A stretch of 64,000 nucleotides of DNA from Clostridia bacterium (lineage in GTDB: Bacteria; Bacillota; Clostridia; TANB77; CAG-508), in the NCBI GenBank assembly GCA_017533795.1, contig JAFWIH010000005.1, positions 130,217 through 194,216 on the forward strand. Reading direction: 5' to 3'. Both the position numbers and the translations under genes were made by a program. Below, piece after piece: positions 9,215 to 18,829 of this stretch. The notes under the pieces were generated by a model. It searched no databases, was not told the DNA's origin, and was given only the letters and a program-made list of their open reading frames with translations. The number at the start of each line of letters is the position of its first letter. The stretch's first letter is position 1.

Positions 9215-9418
9215 ATGCCAAAATTAAAAACTAACAAAGCTGCAAGTAAAAGATATTCTTTAACAGCTTCAGGAAAAGTAAAGAGAACATCAGCTAATAG
9301 AAGACACTTATTAGCAAACAAAACAAAAAGACAAAAATTATCAAGTAGAAGACCAACAAAAGTCGCAGATAAAAGTTGTGAAAACACAATAAAAAAATTA
9401 TTACCATATGGTGGATAA
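9215..9418 (+). CDS. rpmI: 50S ribosomal protein L35
   Basis: MPKLKTNKAASKRY... and position between infC and rplT. Confidence 0.95.
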   Translation: MPKLKTNKAASKRYSLTASGKVKRTSANRRHLLANKTKRQKLSSRRPTKVADKSCENTIKKLLPYGG

Positions 9419-9454
9419 TTAAAACAAAAAGTATTTATAGGGAAGGTGAAATAA

Positions 9455-9805
9455 ATGGCAAGAGTAAAAACAGCAAGAACAACAAGGGCAAGACATAAAA
9501 AGATATTAAAACAAGCAAAAGGTTATTATGGTGCAAAACACTATAGATTTAGAAATGCAAACCAAGCTGTAATGAAATCTTTAAGATATGCATATATAGG
9601 AAGAAAAGACAGAAAAAGTGATTTCAGAAAATTATGGATAGCTAGAATTAATGCAGCAGCTAGAATGAATGGAACTACATACAGTAAATTAATTGCAGGA
9701 CTAAAAAAAGCAAATGTAACAATAAATAGAAAAATGCTTGCAGAAATTGCTGTAAATGATCCAAAAGCATTTACAGAAGTTGCAGAAATTGCAAAAAAAG
9801 CATAG
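9455..9805 (+). CDS. rplT: 50S ribosomal protein L20
   Basis: [26 protein letters not shown].... Confidence 0.96.
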   Translation: MARVKTARTTRARHKKILKQAKGYYGAKHYRFRNANQAVMKSLRYAYIGRKDRKSDFRKLWIARINAAARMNGTTYSKLIAGLKKANVTINRKMLAEIAVNDPKAFTEVAEIAKKA

Positions 9806-9806
9806 A

Positions 9807-9932
9807 AAATTCGATTTCGACCAATGAGGACGGGAAAACGGTCAAAGGGGACGGAGGATTTTGACAGAAAATCTGTCAAAATTCTCCGTCCCCTTTGACC
9901 GTTTTCCCGTCCTCATTGGTTGAATTTGAATC
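9807..9932. repeat. GC-rich palindromic intergenic repeat, copy A (GGGGACGG-core family)
   Basis: Core 9820-9920 is a roughly 49-bp-arm palindrome with 2 mismatches around a 4-nt centre. It fills the gap between the convergent rplT and spoVAE stops. Confidence 0.85.
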
Positions 9933-9939
9933 AAAAGAA

Positions 9940-10326
9940 TTATTGCTTTTTAATTTTAGGCTTAGAAACGAGAGAAGCAATATATCCGAAAAATACTGCA
10001 GCAGCAATACCGCCAGCACTTGCTTTGATTCCTCCTGTAAAAGCTCCAACAATACCATCTTCTTTAACAGCCTCAATAGCACCTTTTGACAAATTATATC
10101 CAAAACCAGTCAAAGGCACAGTTGCACCAGCACCTGCAAAGTCAACTAAATACTTATAAATTCCAAGTCCACCTAAAATACAACCAACAGTAACATAAGC
10201 TACTAAGATTCTGGCAGGTGTAAGTTTAGTTTTATCGATTAAGATTTGACCAATAACACATAGAAGTCCACCAACAACAAAGCAGCGTAAAAGACCTAAC
10301 CAATCAATACTTTGTAAAAAATTCAT
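9940..10326 (-). CDS. spoVAE: Stage V sporulation protein AE (SpoVAEB-type)
   Basis: LTPARILVAYVT...VPLTGFGYNLSKGA... and position downstream of spoVAC and spoVAD. Confidence 0.88.
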   Translation of the reverse strand: MNFLQSIDWLGLLRCFVVGGLLCVIGQILIDKTKLTPARILVAYVTVGCILGGLGIYKYLVDFAGAGATVPLTGFGYNLSKGAIEAVKEDGIVGAFTGGIKASAGGIAAAVFFGYIASLVSKPKIKKQ

Positions 10327-10338
10327 AGGTTTCCTCCA

Positions 10339-11340
10339 TTATAACTCTATACTTATTGCATGAGCAATTCCAGGAATTGATTCTCCTTGTTGAGAACTAG
10401 TCGCATTCATTAATGCTCCTGTAGCAATAAGTAGAATATTTTTAATTTTTTTATTACGTAATTGATTAAAGAAATATCCAGAAAAAACACTTCCACAGCA
10501 TGCACATCCACTTCCACCAGAATGTGTATCTTGTTGTTCTTTATCAAAAATTAATACGCCACAATCATCATAATTTTGTTTAATGTCAAAACCTTCTTGT
10601 TTAGCCAAATCTGATAATATTTCTTTACCAATGTAACCTAAATCACCAGTTACTATTACATCATAATAACTAGGTTTTCGACCTGTATCTTTAAAATGAG
10701 TAATTAATGTATCTAATGCAGCAGGAGCCATAGCGGCACCCATACTATTTGCATCTTTTATACCCATATCAACTATTTTACCAGGAGTAATATATGTTAT
10801 AAAAGGACCATTTCCCTCTTTAGTAACAATTGCACTTCCAGCTCCAGTAACAGTCCACTGAGCAGTTGGTGGACGCTGATTACCCAGTTCTAGTGGAAAT
10901 CTAAACTGCTTTTCTGCACTACAAAAATGACTGGAAGTAGCACAAAGAACATTGTTTGCAAAACCTTCAGCAAAAATAGCAGCTAAAGATAATCCCTCAA
11001 CAAAAGTAGAACATGCACCAAATATTCCAAAATATGGAACATTGGAGTCTCTTAAACCAAAACTAGAAGAAATACATTGGTTAAGCAAATCTCCTGCAAA
11101 GCAATAATCAATTTCAGCAGGTGAAATTCCCGATTTAGAAATAAGAGTATTAACGGTTTCTTTTATAATTTTACTTTCAGCTTTTTCCCATGTGCTTTCG
11201 CCCCAAAATTCATCATCTAAACATTGGTCAAAAAATTTAGCTAGGGGTCCATTAGCCTCTTTTGGACCAACAATACATGCTGTTTCTAAAATAGTAGGTG
11301 GGGTGTCAAATTTAATTGTTTGTTTTCCGATTTTTTGCAT
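10339..11340 (-). CDS. spoVAD: Stage V sporulation protein AD
   Basis: 333 aa, thiolase-like, with typical SpoVAD sequence, positioned between spoVAC and spoVAE. Confidence 0.9.
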   Translation of the reverse strand: MQKIGKQTIKFDTPPTILETACIVGPKEANGPLAKFFDQCLDDEFWGESTWEKAESKIIKETVNTLISKSGISPAEIDYCFAGDLLNQCISSSFGLRDSNVPYFGIFGACSTFVEGLSLAAIFAEGFANNVLCATSSHFCSAEKQFRFPLELGNQRPPTAQWTVTGAGSAIVTKEGNGPFITYITPGKIVDMGIKDANSMGAAMAPAALDTLITHFKDTGRKPSYYDVIVTGDLGYIGKEILSDLAKQEGFDIKQNYDDCGVLIFDKEQQDTHSGGSGCACCGSVFSGYFFNQLRNKKIKNILLIATGALMNATSSQQGESIPGIAHAISIEL

Positions 11341-11372
11341 AAAAATCTCCTTTCAAAAACAGGTTATTTTCT

Positions 11373-11843
11373 TTAAACGAGAGTAATAGCCTGAGTATTA
11401 AAAATTAAGTAAATAAGGCCAACTAGTATAGAGGTCGAAATACCAAATACAAGTACAGGACCTGCAACAGTAAACATTTTTCCACCGACACCCATAACAT
11501 AACCTTCAGATTTATATTCCATTGCAGGGGAAACAACTGAATTTGCAAAACCTGTAATAGGAATAAGAGAACCTGCTCCAGCAAATTTTCCTATTCTATT
11601 AAAAATGTTTAAACCAGTTAAAAATGCACTAATTCCAATTAAAATAATAGATACAATTGTGCCGCTTATTTCTGAACTAAAGCCACGGCTATTGCAAATA
11701 TTTAATACTATTTGTCCAATAGAGCAAATTAAACCGCCAACCCAAAAAGCATTTATACAGTTTTTTAAGATTGGGGAATTGGGCGATTTATCATTAACAT
11801 ATTCTTGATATTGTTTTTTGGTTTCTAAAGGCTTAGCTTGCAT
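11373..11843 (-). CDS. spoVAC: Stage V sporulation protein AC
   Basis: FWVGGLICSIGQ...ITGFANSVVSPAMEYKSEGY... is typical of SpoVAC. Confidence 0.9.
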   Translation of the reverse strand: MQAKPLETKKQYQEYVNDKSPNSPILKNCINAFWVGGLICSIGQIVLNICNSRGFSSEISGTIVSIILIGISAFLTGLNIFNRIGKFAGAGSLIPITGFANSVVSPAMEYKSEGYVMGVGGKMFTVAGPVLVFGISTSILVGLIYLIFNTQAITLV

Positions 11844-11855
11844 AATGATTCCTCC

Positions 11856-12068
11856 TTATTTTCTATCTGTGTCAACAGTAAAACTTAAATCTAAATCAAC
11901 AAAATATTCTGAAATTTTATTTCCATCAATATTTGCTCTTTGATCTAATATTTCTACCGATTTTATATAATCTATGCTTTTTGATGCTTCAGCAATTGAT
12001 CTAACAATTGCATCCTTCCATGAAACCTCTGAAGAACCTGTAATAAGTATGTGCTTTTCTATATCCAT
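11856..12068 (-). CDS. Dodecin-family protein
   Basis: 70 aa. ILITGSSEVSWKDAIVRSIAEASKSIDYIKSVEI resembles the dodecin fold signature. Confidence 0.6.
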   Translation of the reverse strand: MDIEKHILITGSSEVSWKDAIVRSIAEASKSIDYIKSVEILDQRANIDGNKISEYFVDLDLSFTVDTDRK

Positions 12069-12183
12069 GATTGAACCTCCTAAATCTTTTTATATATAAT
12101 TTCCAAAAATTTATATTATATACTAGAATTTACAAATCTTTTATTATAAAATTAACAAAAATAAATAAGTACAAGGAGTAGTT

Positions 12184-13482
12184 ATGGATAAGATTAGAGA
12201 AATAGCATTAAATGCTTTATATAAAATAGAAAAAAATGGAGCGTATTCAAATATTGTTTTGGATGAAACTATTAAGAAAAATAAAAACAATATAACAACA
12301 AGAGATGTTGGATTAATTTCAGAACTCGTATATGGAGTTACAACATGGAAATTAAGTTTAGATGAGATTATAAAGCAACATTCTAAAATAAAACTAAAAA
12401 AAATATCACCTTGGATAATTAATGTACTTAGGATGGGAATTTATCAAATAGTTTTTTTAGATAAAATACCAAAATCGGCAGCTGTTAATGAGAGTGTTAA
12501 TCTAGCAAAAAAATATGGAAACAAAGGTGCTGTTGGGTTTACAAATGCAATCTTAAGACAAGTAGACGAAAGTGATTATAAAAAAATGTTTAGTATAGAA
12601 AATCCAGCAGAAAAAATATCAAAAACAAATTCCATGCCTTTGTGGATAGTCGAAAAACTAATAGCACAAAAAGGTATAGAACAAGCAGAAGAAATTTGTA
12701 AAAATTCAAATTTAAGACCTAGCTTAACAATTAGAATTAATAATTTGAAAACAGACAATGAACAATTTATATCAATTTTAAAAGAACAAAAAATAGAATA
12801 TGAAAAAACAGATAATGATAATTTTATTGTTTTAAAAAAGCAAAAAAATTTAGAAAACATGCAACTTTTTAAGGAAGGATATTTCACAGTTCAAGATTTA
12901 TCAGCAGGATTATCTGCCGAAGTTTTAGCACCACAAGAAGGTGAAAATGTACTTGACTGCTGTAGTGCACCTGGTGGAAAAACAACATATTTGGCAGAAT
13001 TAATGAATAACAAAGGATACATAGAAGCATGGGATATACATGAACATAGAGTAAAACTTGTGGAAAACAACAGTAACAGACTAGGAATAAACATAATAAA
13101 AACAAAAGTAAAAGATGCAACGGTTTATGATAAAAATTATAATGAAAAATTTGACAAAATATTACTTGATGTTCCATGTCTTGGAATTGGAGTAATAAAA
13201 AGAAAACCAGACATAAAATGGCAAAGAAAACCTGAAGACATAAAAGAAATTACGAAATTACAAATGCAAATATTAAATACATGCTCAAAATATTTAAAAA
13301 AAGGTGGAGAATTGGTATATTCAACATGTAGTATATTAAATGAAGAAAATGAAAACATTATTGAACAGTTTTTAAAAGACAATAAGAATTTTAAATTTTA
13401 TGATAATAATAAAAAATATATAAATATTAATACAGATAAAAATTATGATGGATTTTTCATTTCCAAGCTAAAAAAATATTAA
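12184..13482 (+). CDS. rsmB: 16S rRNA (cytosine967-C5)-methyltransferase RsmB
   Basis: NusB-like N-terminal domain, then VLDCCSAPGGKT and LLDVPCLGIGVIKRKPDIKW methyltransferase motifs. Confidence 0.88.
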   Translation: MDKIREIALNALYKIEKNGAYSNIVLDETIKKNKNNITTRDVGLISELVYGVTTWKLSLDEIIKQHSKIKLKKISPWIINVLRMGIYQIVFLDKIPKSAAVNESVNLAKKYGNKGAVGFTNAILRQVDESDYKKMFSIENPAEKISKTNSMPLWIVEKLIAQKGIEQAEEICKNSNLRPSLTIRINNLKTDNEQFISILKEQKIEYEKTDNDNFIVLKKQKNLENMQLFKEGYFTVQDLSAGLSAEVLAPQEGENVLDCCSAPGGKTTYLAELMNNKGYIEAWDIHEHRVKLVENNSNRLGINIIKTKVKDATVYDKNYNEKFDKILLDVPCLGIGVIKRKPDIKWQRKPEDIKEITKLQMQILNTCSKYLKKGGELVYSTCSILNEENENIIEQFLKDNKNFKFYDNNKKYININTDKNYDGFFISKLKKY

Positions 13483-13532
13483 AACTAATATTACAAAAGT
13501 ATTACATTTGCTTTACATTTATATTAAATGTG

Positions 13533-13561
13533 TTGACGTTTAATAAAGATAAATGTAAAAT
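13533..13561 (+). promoter_or_regulatory. Candidate promoter of the pilus operon
   Basis: TTGACG (13533-13538), 17-nt spacer, TAAAAT (13556-13561). Confidence 0.4.
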
Positions 13562-13686
13562 AAAATCACAACGGAAGCAAAAAATACAAAAGATTCAAAA
13601 AAAATACAAAAGATAAATTTTATTCAAGTATTTTAATGTGGAATTTGTAAAACATAATAATTGAAGTAATAAAAAAGGAGAAAACA

Positions 13687-15315
13687 GTGGCAAGTTGTTT
13701 AGGACTATATATTGAAAACAATTTAATAAAATTTGCAAAAGTTTCTAAAGAACGCGATAACCTAAAAGTTGAAGCCTTTGGATTAAGGTTTTATGATGAT
13801 TTAGGACAGGCAATTGATCAAATCGTAGAAGAAACTTATAGTTATAAAACGCCAGTAAGTATAAACTTATCAGACGAAATGTATACTTACTTTAACGTTT
13901 TTTCTTTGCTTGGAAAAAATTACTTGCCAAAAGTTGTACAGACAGAATTCGAGTCATATTGTACTGAAAAGGGATATAATCCAAATGTATTCGAAACAAG
14001 ATATGCATTAGTGGATGACTTAAATGATAAAGAAAAACTTAAAGTTATAAATATTAGTGCAAATAAACTTGAACTAAATAGAAGAACATCTCAATTAGAT
14101 TCATATAAATTAACAACCATAACGCCAATATCTATGGCGATAACTAATATTGCAGATTTACCTGAAAAGGAAAATGCAATTATTGTAAATATGGAAGAAA
14201 ATACTATAATTACAACGGTTATAGATCAAAAAATATATGATATTGATATATTAGATGAAGGTAGTACAGATGTATTAAGTAAAATAAATGCTAGAGAAAA
14301 TTCATATGCACAAGCATATGAAGCATGCAAAAACACTACAATTTATACTGCAGAAGGAAAAGACTTAGAAACAGAACAAAACTATATTGATGATGTATTA
14401 CCAACACTAAATCAAATAGTTTCACGTGTAAGAGAAACTATTGATAATAGCTTAACAAATATCAAAAAAGTTTATTTAACAGGTACATTAACATGTGTAA
14501 ATAATATTGACTTGTATTTCCAAGAGTATTTACCTGATGCTGATTGTAGAATACTTAGGCCAAGCTTTATATCAACAGAAGGAAATGAGATTAATATTAG
14601 AGAATATATTGAGGTAAACTCTGCCATAGCTTTAGGATTACAAGGCTTAGAAATTGGCGTAACAGGAATGAACTTTAAGAAAAAAAGTTTTTCAGATTTA
14701 CTAAAAATGGATATTGGAGGAGGCTCTAAAGCTAAAACTCCAAAAGCCAAAAAAACATTAAATTTAGATTTTTCTGATTGGCTTAAACCAGATTTTAGAG
14801 AGGCTTTTACAGCTGTAGAAATAAACTTGTTAAGAGTTGCAATAGGACTTATTATATTATTAATAGTATATAGTGGTCTATCAATATTTTTAACAAATCA
14901 AATGCACAAAAAAGAAAATGAAGTAAATGACCAAATCGCTCAAACACAAGAACAAATTAATCTAGCTAAAGATGACAAGGGAAAAATAGACACAAAAACA
15001 AACGAATATAAAGAAATGACAAAAGCATTACAAGAATTAAACGATAGGGTTAGTGACATAAACCAAAGTAGAAACATAATACCAAACTTATTAAATCAAA
15101 TAATGTTTGTTATACCAGAAAATGTTCAGATTACTTCTATAGAAAATACAACTGGCAAACACATTGTGATTGTTGCACAATCTGATAAATATGAACCATT
15201 AGGTTATTTTAAAGCAAAACTAAACTCTGATAGAATTCTATATGATGTAGTTTCTAATAGTGGCGTAAGTGACGGAAGTGTTATAAAAGTCACAATAGAA
15301 GGAGATTTACAATGA
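13687..15315 (+). CDS. pilM: Type IV pilus assembly protein, PilM-like ATPase-fold domain fused to a PilN-like TM and coiled-coil domain
   Basis: GTG start after AAGGAG. N-terminal LGLYIENNLIKFAKV (PilM-like). TM helix near residue 385, then a coiled coil. Sits in the pilus operon. Confidence 0.7.
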   Translation: MASCLGLYIENNLIKFAKVSKERDNLKVEAFGLRFYDDLGQAIDQIVEETYSYKTPVSINLSDEMYTYFNVFSLLGKNYLPKVVQTEFESYCTEKGYNPNVFETRYALVDDLNDKEKLKVINISANKLELNRRTSQLDSYKLTTITPISMAITNIADLPEKENAIIVNMEENTIITTVIDQKIYDIDILDEGSTDVLSKINARENSYAQAYEACKNTTIYTAEGKDLETEQNYIDDVLPTLNQIVSRVRETIDNSLTNIKKVYLTGTLTCVNNIDLYFQEYLPDADCRILRPSFISTEGNEINIREYIEVNSAIALGLQGLEIGVTGMNFKKKSFSDLLKMDIGGGSKAKTPKAKKTLNLDFSDWLKPDFREAFTAVEINLLRVAIGLIILLIVYSGLSIFLTNQMHKKENEVNDQIAQTQEQINLAKDDKGKIDTKTNEYKEMTKALQELNDRVSDINQSRNIIPNLLNQIMFVIPENVQITSIENTTGKHIVIVAQSDKYEPLGYFKAKLNSDRILYDVVSNSGVSDGSVIKVTIEGDLQ

Positions 15316-16052
15316 GAAAATTAATGATAACAGTTTTAATTTTATTGTTATTAGTTACTATTGGCTTTATGATATTTAATTCACTTAATATAGGAAATTT
15401 ACAAATACTTGGTGTATCGGGGCTTAATGAAGAAAACAAAAAATTAGATGCAAGTATTCAAACATTATCAAGATTAAGCAGTACCGATTATCAACAAGCA
15501 TTAGCTGATGTAACTATTAGCTCAAAACAATATGAAGAATCAAAAAAAGAATATGACGATTTAGTAACTGTAAGTACAGACTCTGAAGTTACAACTGCAA
15601 ACCAGTTACAAAAATATGAAATAGAATATTTATGGACAAGAATTGGTAATCATGCAACGTCGGAAAATGTTGTCCTTAAATTAGAAATAAAAGCAAACAG
15701 TACAAGTCAAGCTACAGGCTATTATGATTTAGCTTTTACAGCTACTGGAGATTACGTTGGAATAACAGATTTTATATACGATATAGAAAATGATTCATCT
15801 TTAGGATTCAAAATAGAAAACTTTAAAATGGAACCAGCAGGAAATGGACTACAAGGAACATTTACATGTACAAATGTTGCAATAAACATTGATCCATCAG
15901 AAATTTCGGGAAATAATTCTACTACAGAAAACTCAGAAGAAAATTCTGAAAATAAAACAACAGATAGACAAAACGGAGAAATGTCACAAGCAACTGAGGA
16001 GTACTTACAAAAAAACAACGGTAATAATAACAACACCAATAATAATCAATAG
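15312..16052 (+). CDS. PilO-like pilus assembly membrane protein
   Basis: N-terminal TM helix, then a coiled coil. Overlapping start indicates translational coupling to pilM/N. Asn-rich tail. Confidence 0.5.
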   Translation: MRKLMITVLILLLLVTIGFMIFNSLNIGNLQILGVSGLNEENKKLDASIQTLSRLSSTDYQQALADVTISSKQYEESKKEYDDLVTVSTDSEVTTANQLQKYEIEYLWTRIGNHATSENVVLKLEIKANSTSQATGYYDLAFTATGDYVGITDFIYDIENDSSLGFKIENFKMEPAGNGLQGTFTCTNVAINIDPSEISGNNSTTENSEENSENKTTDRQNGEMSQATEEYLQKNNGNNNNTNNNQ

Positions 16053-16069
16053 AGAAAGGAAGGTCTTAT

Positions 16070-16543
16070 ATGGCTAAAAATATTGTAAGAGAAGTTATAA
16101 TTGCATTATTGCTATGTTTAGCTATCTTATTAATACTTGCTGTTTTAATGTACTCTTATATACCAAACAATAAAGTAATACCAGAACCTGTGTCATATAC
16201 AGTACCTGAAGAAGCAAAAAAAGTATTAGAAGAGGCAGAAATGGATTCTTCACAAGTCATACTAACATATGAGGTTAATTCATCTGACTTAAGCACAGCA
16301 CAAAGAAGTAATAACTACAATCCAGGAAAGGTTAATCCATTTTCTTCATATCAAGTGCAAGAACAAACAACGGAAGGAACAGCTGGAAATACAGCAAATT
16401 CTTCTTCTGCAAATACAAATGGAACGACGGAAACGACCTCTGGGAAAACGACAAATAATAAAAGTTCATCAACAACAGAAAATACAAATACCAACAGTAT
16501 AACAAGTGGTGGCACATACTTTAAAGATAAAGGTACCAAGTAG
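16070..16543 (+). CDS. Hypothetical membrane-anchored protein of the pilus operon (Ser/Thr/Asn-rich tail)
   Basis: Single TM helix. Operon position between the pilO-like gene and pilA. Confidence 0.45.
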   Translation: MAKNIVREVIIALLLCLAILLILAVLMYSYIPNNKVIPEPVSYTVPEEAKKVLEEAEMDSSQVILTYEVNSSDLSTAQRSNNYNPGKVNPFSSYQVQEQTTEGTAGNTANSSSANTNGTTETTSGKTTNNKSSSTTENTNTNSITSGGTYFKDKGTK

Positions 16544-16635
16544 TTTAAGTTATTAACGTTGTACATGCAAATATTTTGCATATACACTAAACATAAAAAT
16601 ACGTTTTACTTAAAATAAAAGGAGGTGAAATACAA

Positions 16636-17061
16636 ATGAAAAAACAAGAAGGTATTACACTTATAGCATTAGTTATTACAATTATCGTGCTATTAATTTT
16701 AGCAGGTGTTACAATAGCTATGTTATCTGGTGAAAATGGAATACTTACAAGAGCTTCAGAAGCTTCTTTAAACAGCAAATTTGCTGATGCAGAAGATATG
16801 ATTTCTGTAAATGTTGCAGAACATGTAACAAATTACTACAACAAAACATATGTAAATAGTTCAGCTACAGGAGAGTCAACTCTTAATGAAGCTATAGCAG
16901 CAGGTGTTAATGGAGCTACATTACCAAGCGGTATCACTATAGATACTTTTACAGCAGGAGATACTTCAATAGTTATCAAAAATACAAGCGCTGGTAAACA
17001 AGTTACAGGAACAATCAGTGGTTCATCTGTAACATGGGGAGCAATTTCTAATATTGAGTAA
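16636..17061 (+). CDS. pilA: Major type IV pilin
   Basis: MKKQEG/ITLIALVITIIVLLILAGVTIAMLSGENGIL prepilin N-terminus. Strong GGAGGTG SD. Followed by the prepilin peptidase gene. Confidence 0.8.
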   Translation: MKKQEGITLIALVITIIVLLILAGVTIAMLSGENGILTRASEASLNSKFADAEDMISVNVAEHVTNYYNKTYVNSSATGESTLNEAIAAGVNGATLPSGITIDTFTAGDTSIVIKNTSAGKQVTGTISGSSVTWGAISNIE

Positions 17062-17131
17062 TGCTATAAATTAAAAAAGCCATACGCACACTTAGTGGTG
17101 TGTATGGCTAAAATTTTAAAGAGGAGATCAC

Positions 17132-17929
17132 ATGAACATTTTTCTATATTGCATAATATTTATAATGGGAATTTTATTTGGAAGCTTTTATACATTAGCT
17201 GTATATAGAATTCCTAGAAAAGAAGATATAACACATACTCATTCATATTGTCCTAATTGTAATGCTAAATTAGGTTTTTTTGAGTTGATTCCGGTTTTAA
17301 GTTATATATTTCTAGGTGGAAAATGTAAACATTGTGGCAAAAAAATAAGAATAAGATATCTTTTGTTAGAATTATTATCAGGCGCAACATTTGTACTTCT
17401 AGCTATGGGATTAAAATTAGATATTTATAATTTAAATATTCCCAATGTAGTATTTTTGGGATTCTCCTTTTTATACATAACTTTTATTTTTTTAATTGCA
17501 GGAATAGATAAAGAATATAGAAAAATAGAAAAAAGTGTTATATATTTTGGTACAATTATTGTAAGTACATATATGATATATTTATATATAGTAGAACATG
17601 CTAATATACATAGATATGTTATATATTTATTCGCTATGGTTATATTATTATACTTTGACAATACAGCTTTTAGAAAACATTCAGAAAACAGTTATACAAT
17701 TGGAATATTACTTTTAATTGCAATTATGGCAATATTCACAGGCGAAATAGCTACAATTTACACTATTGCAATAACTCTTATTGCATCTGGAATTTATATT
17801 ATACTAAGAAAAATAAAACTTTCAAGGTCTTCGGTAAAAAGACCAGATAATATAAGACAGGAACTTAGATTGGGATTTATATTGTGCTGTTCTAACATAA
17901 TAACATTATTATCATTAGTAAACATGTAA
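17132..17929 (+). CDS. pilD: Prepilin peptidase (A24 family)
   Basis: CPNC...CKHCGKKI zinc-ribbon-like motif followed by a polytopic membrane domain. Confidence 0.85.
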   Translation: MNIFLYCIIFIMGILFGSFYTLAVYRIPRKEDITHTHSYCPNCNAKLGFFELIPVLSYIFLGGKCKHCGKKIRIRYLLLELLSGATFVLLAMGLKLDIYNLNIPNVVFLGFSFLYITFIFLIAGIDKEYRKIEKSVIYFGTIIVSTYMIYLYIVEHANIHRYVIYLFAMVILLYFDNTAFRKHSENSYTIGILLLIAIMAIFTGEIATIYTIAITLIASGIYIILRKIKLSRSSVKRPDNIRQELRLGFILCCSNIITLLSLVNM

Positions 17930-17939
17930 AGGAGTAAAT

Positions 17940-18374
17940 ATGAAATTTAGAGGTAACAAGGGGATTACTGGAATAGATATTTCTGTTTCGTTAATAATTT
18001 TCGTTTTATTTGTTAGTTTAATTACTACTTTAGTATATAATTTTGCAGTAGCCTCAAGAAATGTAAATAGAAAAGCAGTAGCAACAGATATTGCAATAAA
18101 AAAAATAGAGGAGCTAAAGCAAACACCATATGACCAAATACTAGAAATAGATGAAGAGAATCCACAAGCAACTCAATATGCAGATAAAGATGGAGTGATT
18201 CTTGCAAGTGGAAGTGGACCATACAAAATAATAACTGACATAGAAAAATATACAAATGATGATATAGAAAATATTCAAGATGTTTTAAAAATAGTAAAAG
18301 TAAGAGTAGTATATAATGCACAAAACAGAGAAGAAAGCATAGAAATAAGTACAGTAATTACAAGGGAGGACTAA
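17940..18374 (+). CDS. Minor pilin / pseudopilin
   Basis: MKFRGNKG/ITGIDISVSLIIFVLF prepilin-like N-terminus with Asp at +5. Confidence 0.6.
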   Translation: MKFRGNKGITGIDISVSLIIFVLFVSLITTLVYNFAVASRNVNRKAVATDIAIKKIEELKQTPYDQILEIDEENPQATQYADKDGVILASGSGPYKIITDIEKYTNDDIENIQDVLKIVKVRVVYNAQNREESIEISTVITRED

Positions 18375-18375
18375 G

Positions 18376-18795
18376 ATGAAATCACAAAAAGGTGTTACAT
18401 TAACATCACTAATTATATATGTTATTGCAATGTCTATTGTAGTAGGAACTGTTGCAGCAATTACTAATTTCTATTATGGTAATATAAATGGCTTAAGTAA
18501 TAGAACATCAAGCTCAAAACAATACACACAATTTAATAGCTATTTTGTAAATGAGGTAAACACAAAAGGAAACAATGTAGTAGCAAATGCATCAAATGGA
18601 ACAAAAGTTGTTTTTACTAGTGGAAATCAGATTACATATTTAAGTAATGCAATATATTATAATAAAATAAAAATATGTAACAATGTAACTAGTTGCCAGT
18701 TTACAATTGATAATAACTCAAATACCGTAAGTGTTAATATGGTTATAGGTGGCAAAGGCTTTCAAAATGTATATAGCTTACAAAACAATGTATAA
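18376..18795 (+). CDS. Minor pilin / pseudopilin
   Basis: MKSQKG/VTLTSLIIYVIAMSIVVG prepilin-like N-terminus. Confidence 0.6.
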   Translation: MKSQKGVTLTSLIIYVIAMSIVVGTVAAITNFYYGNINGLSNRTSSSKQYTQFNSYFVNEVNTKGNNVVANASNGTKVVFTSGNQITYLSNAIYYNKIKICNNVTSCQFTIDNNSNTVSVNMVIGGKGFQNVYSLQNNV

Positions 18796-18829
18796 TAAGT
18801 ATAAGTACAAAAGAAAGGATTGAAAACAT

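Noticed and set aside
9895-10159. Plus-strand ORFs (9895..10089 and 9920..10159) starting in the palindromic repeat.
   Set aside because: They overlap spoVAE on the opposite strand and begin inside repeat copy A. They are artefacts of the open frame.
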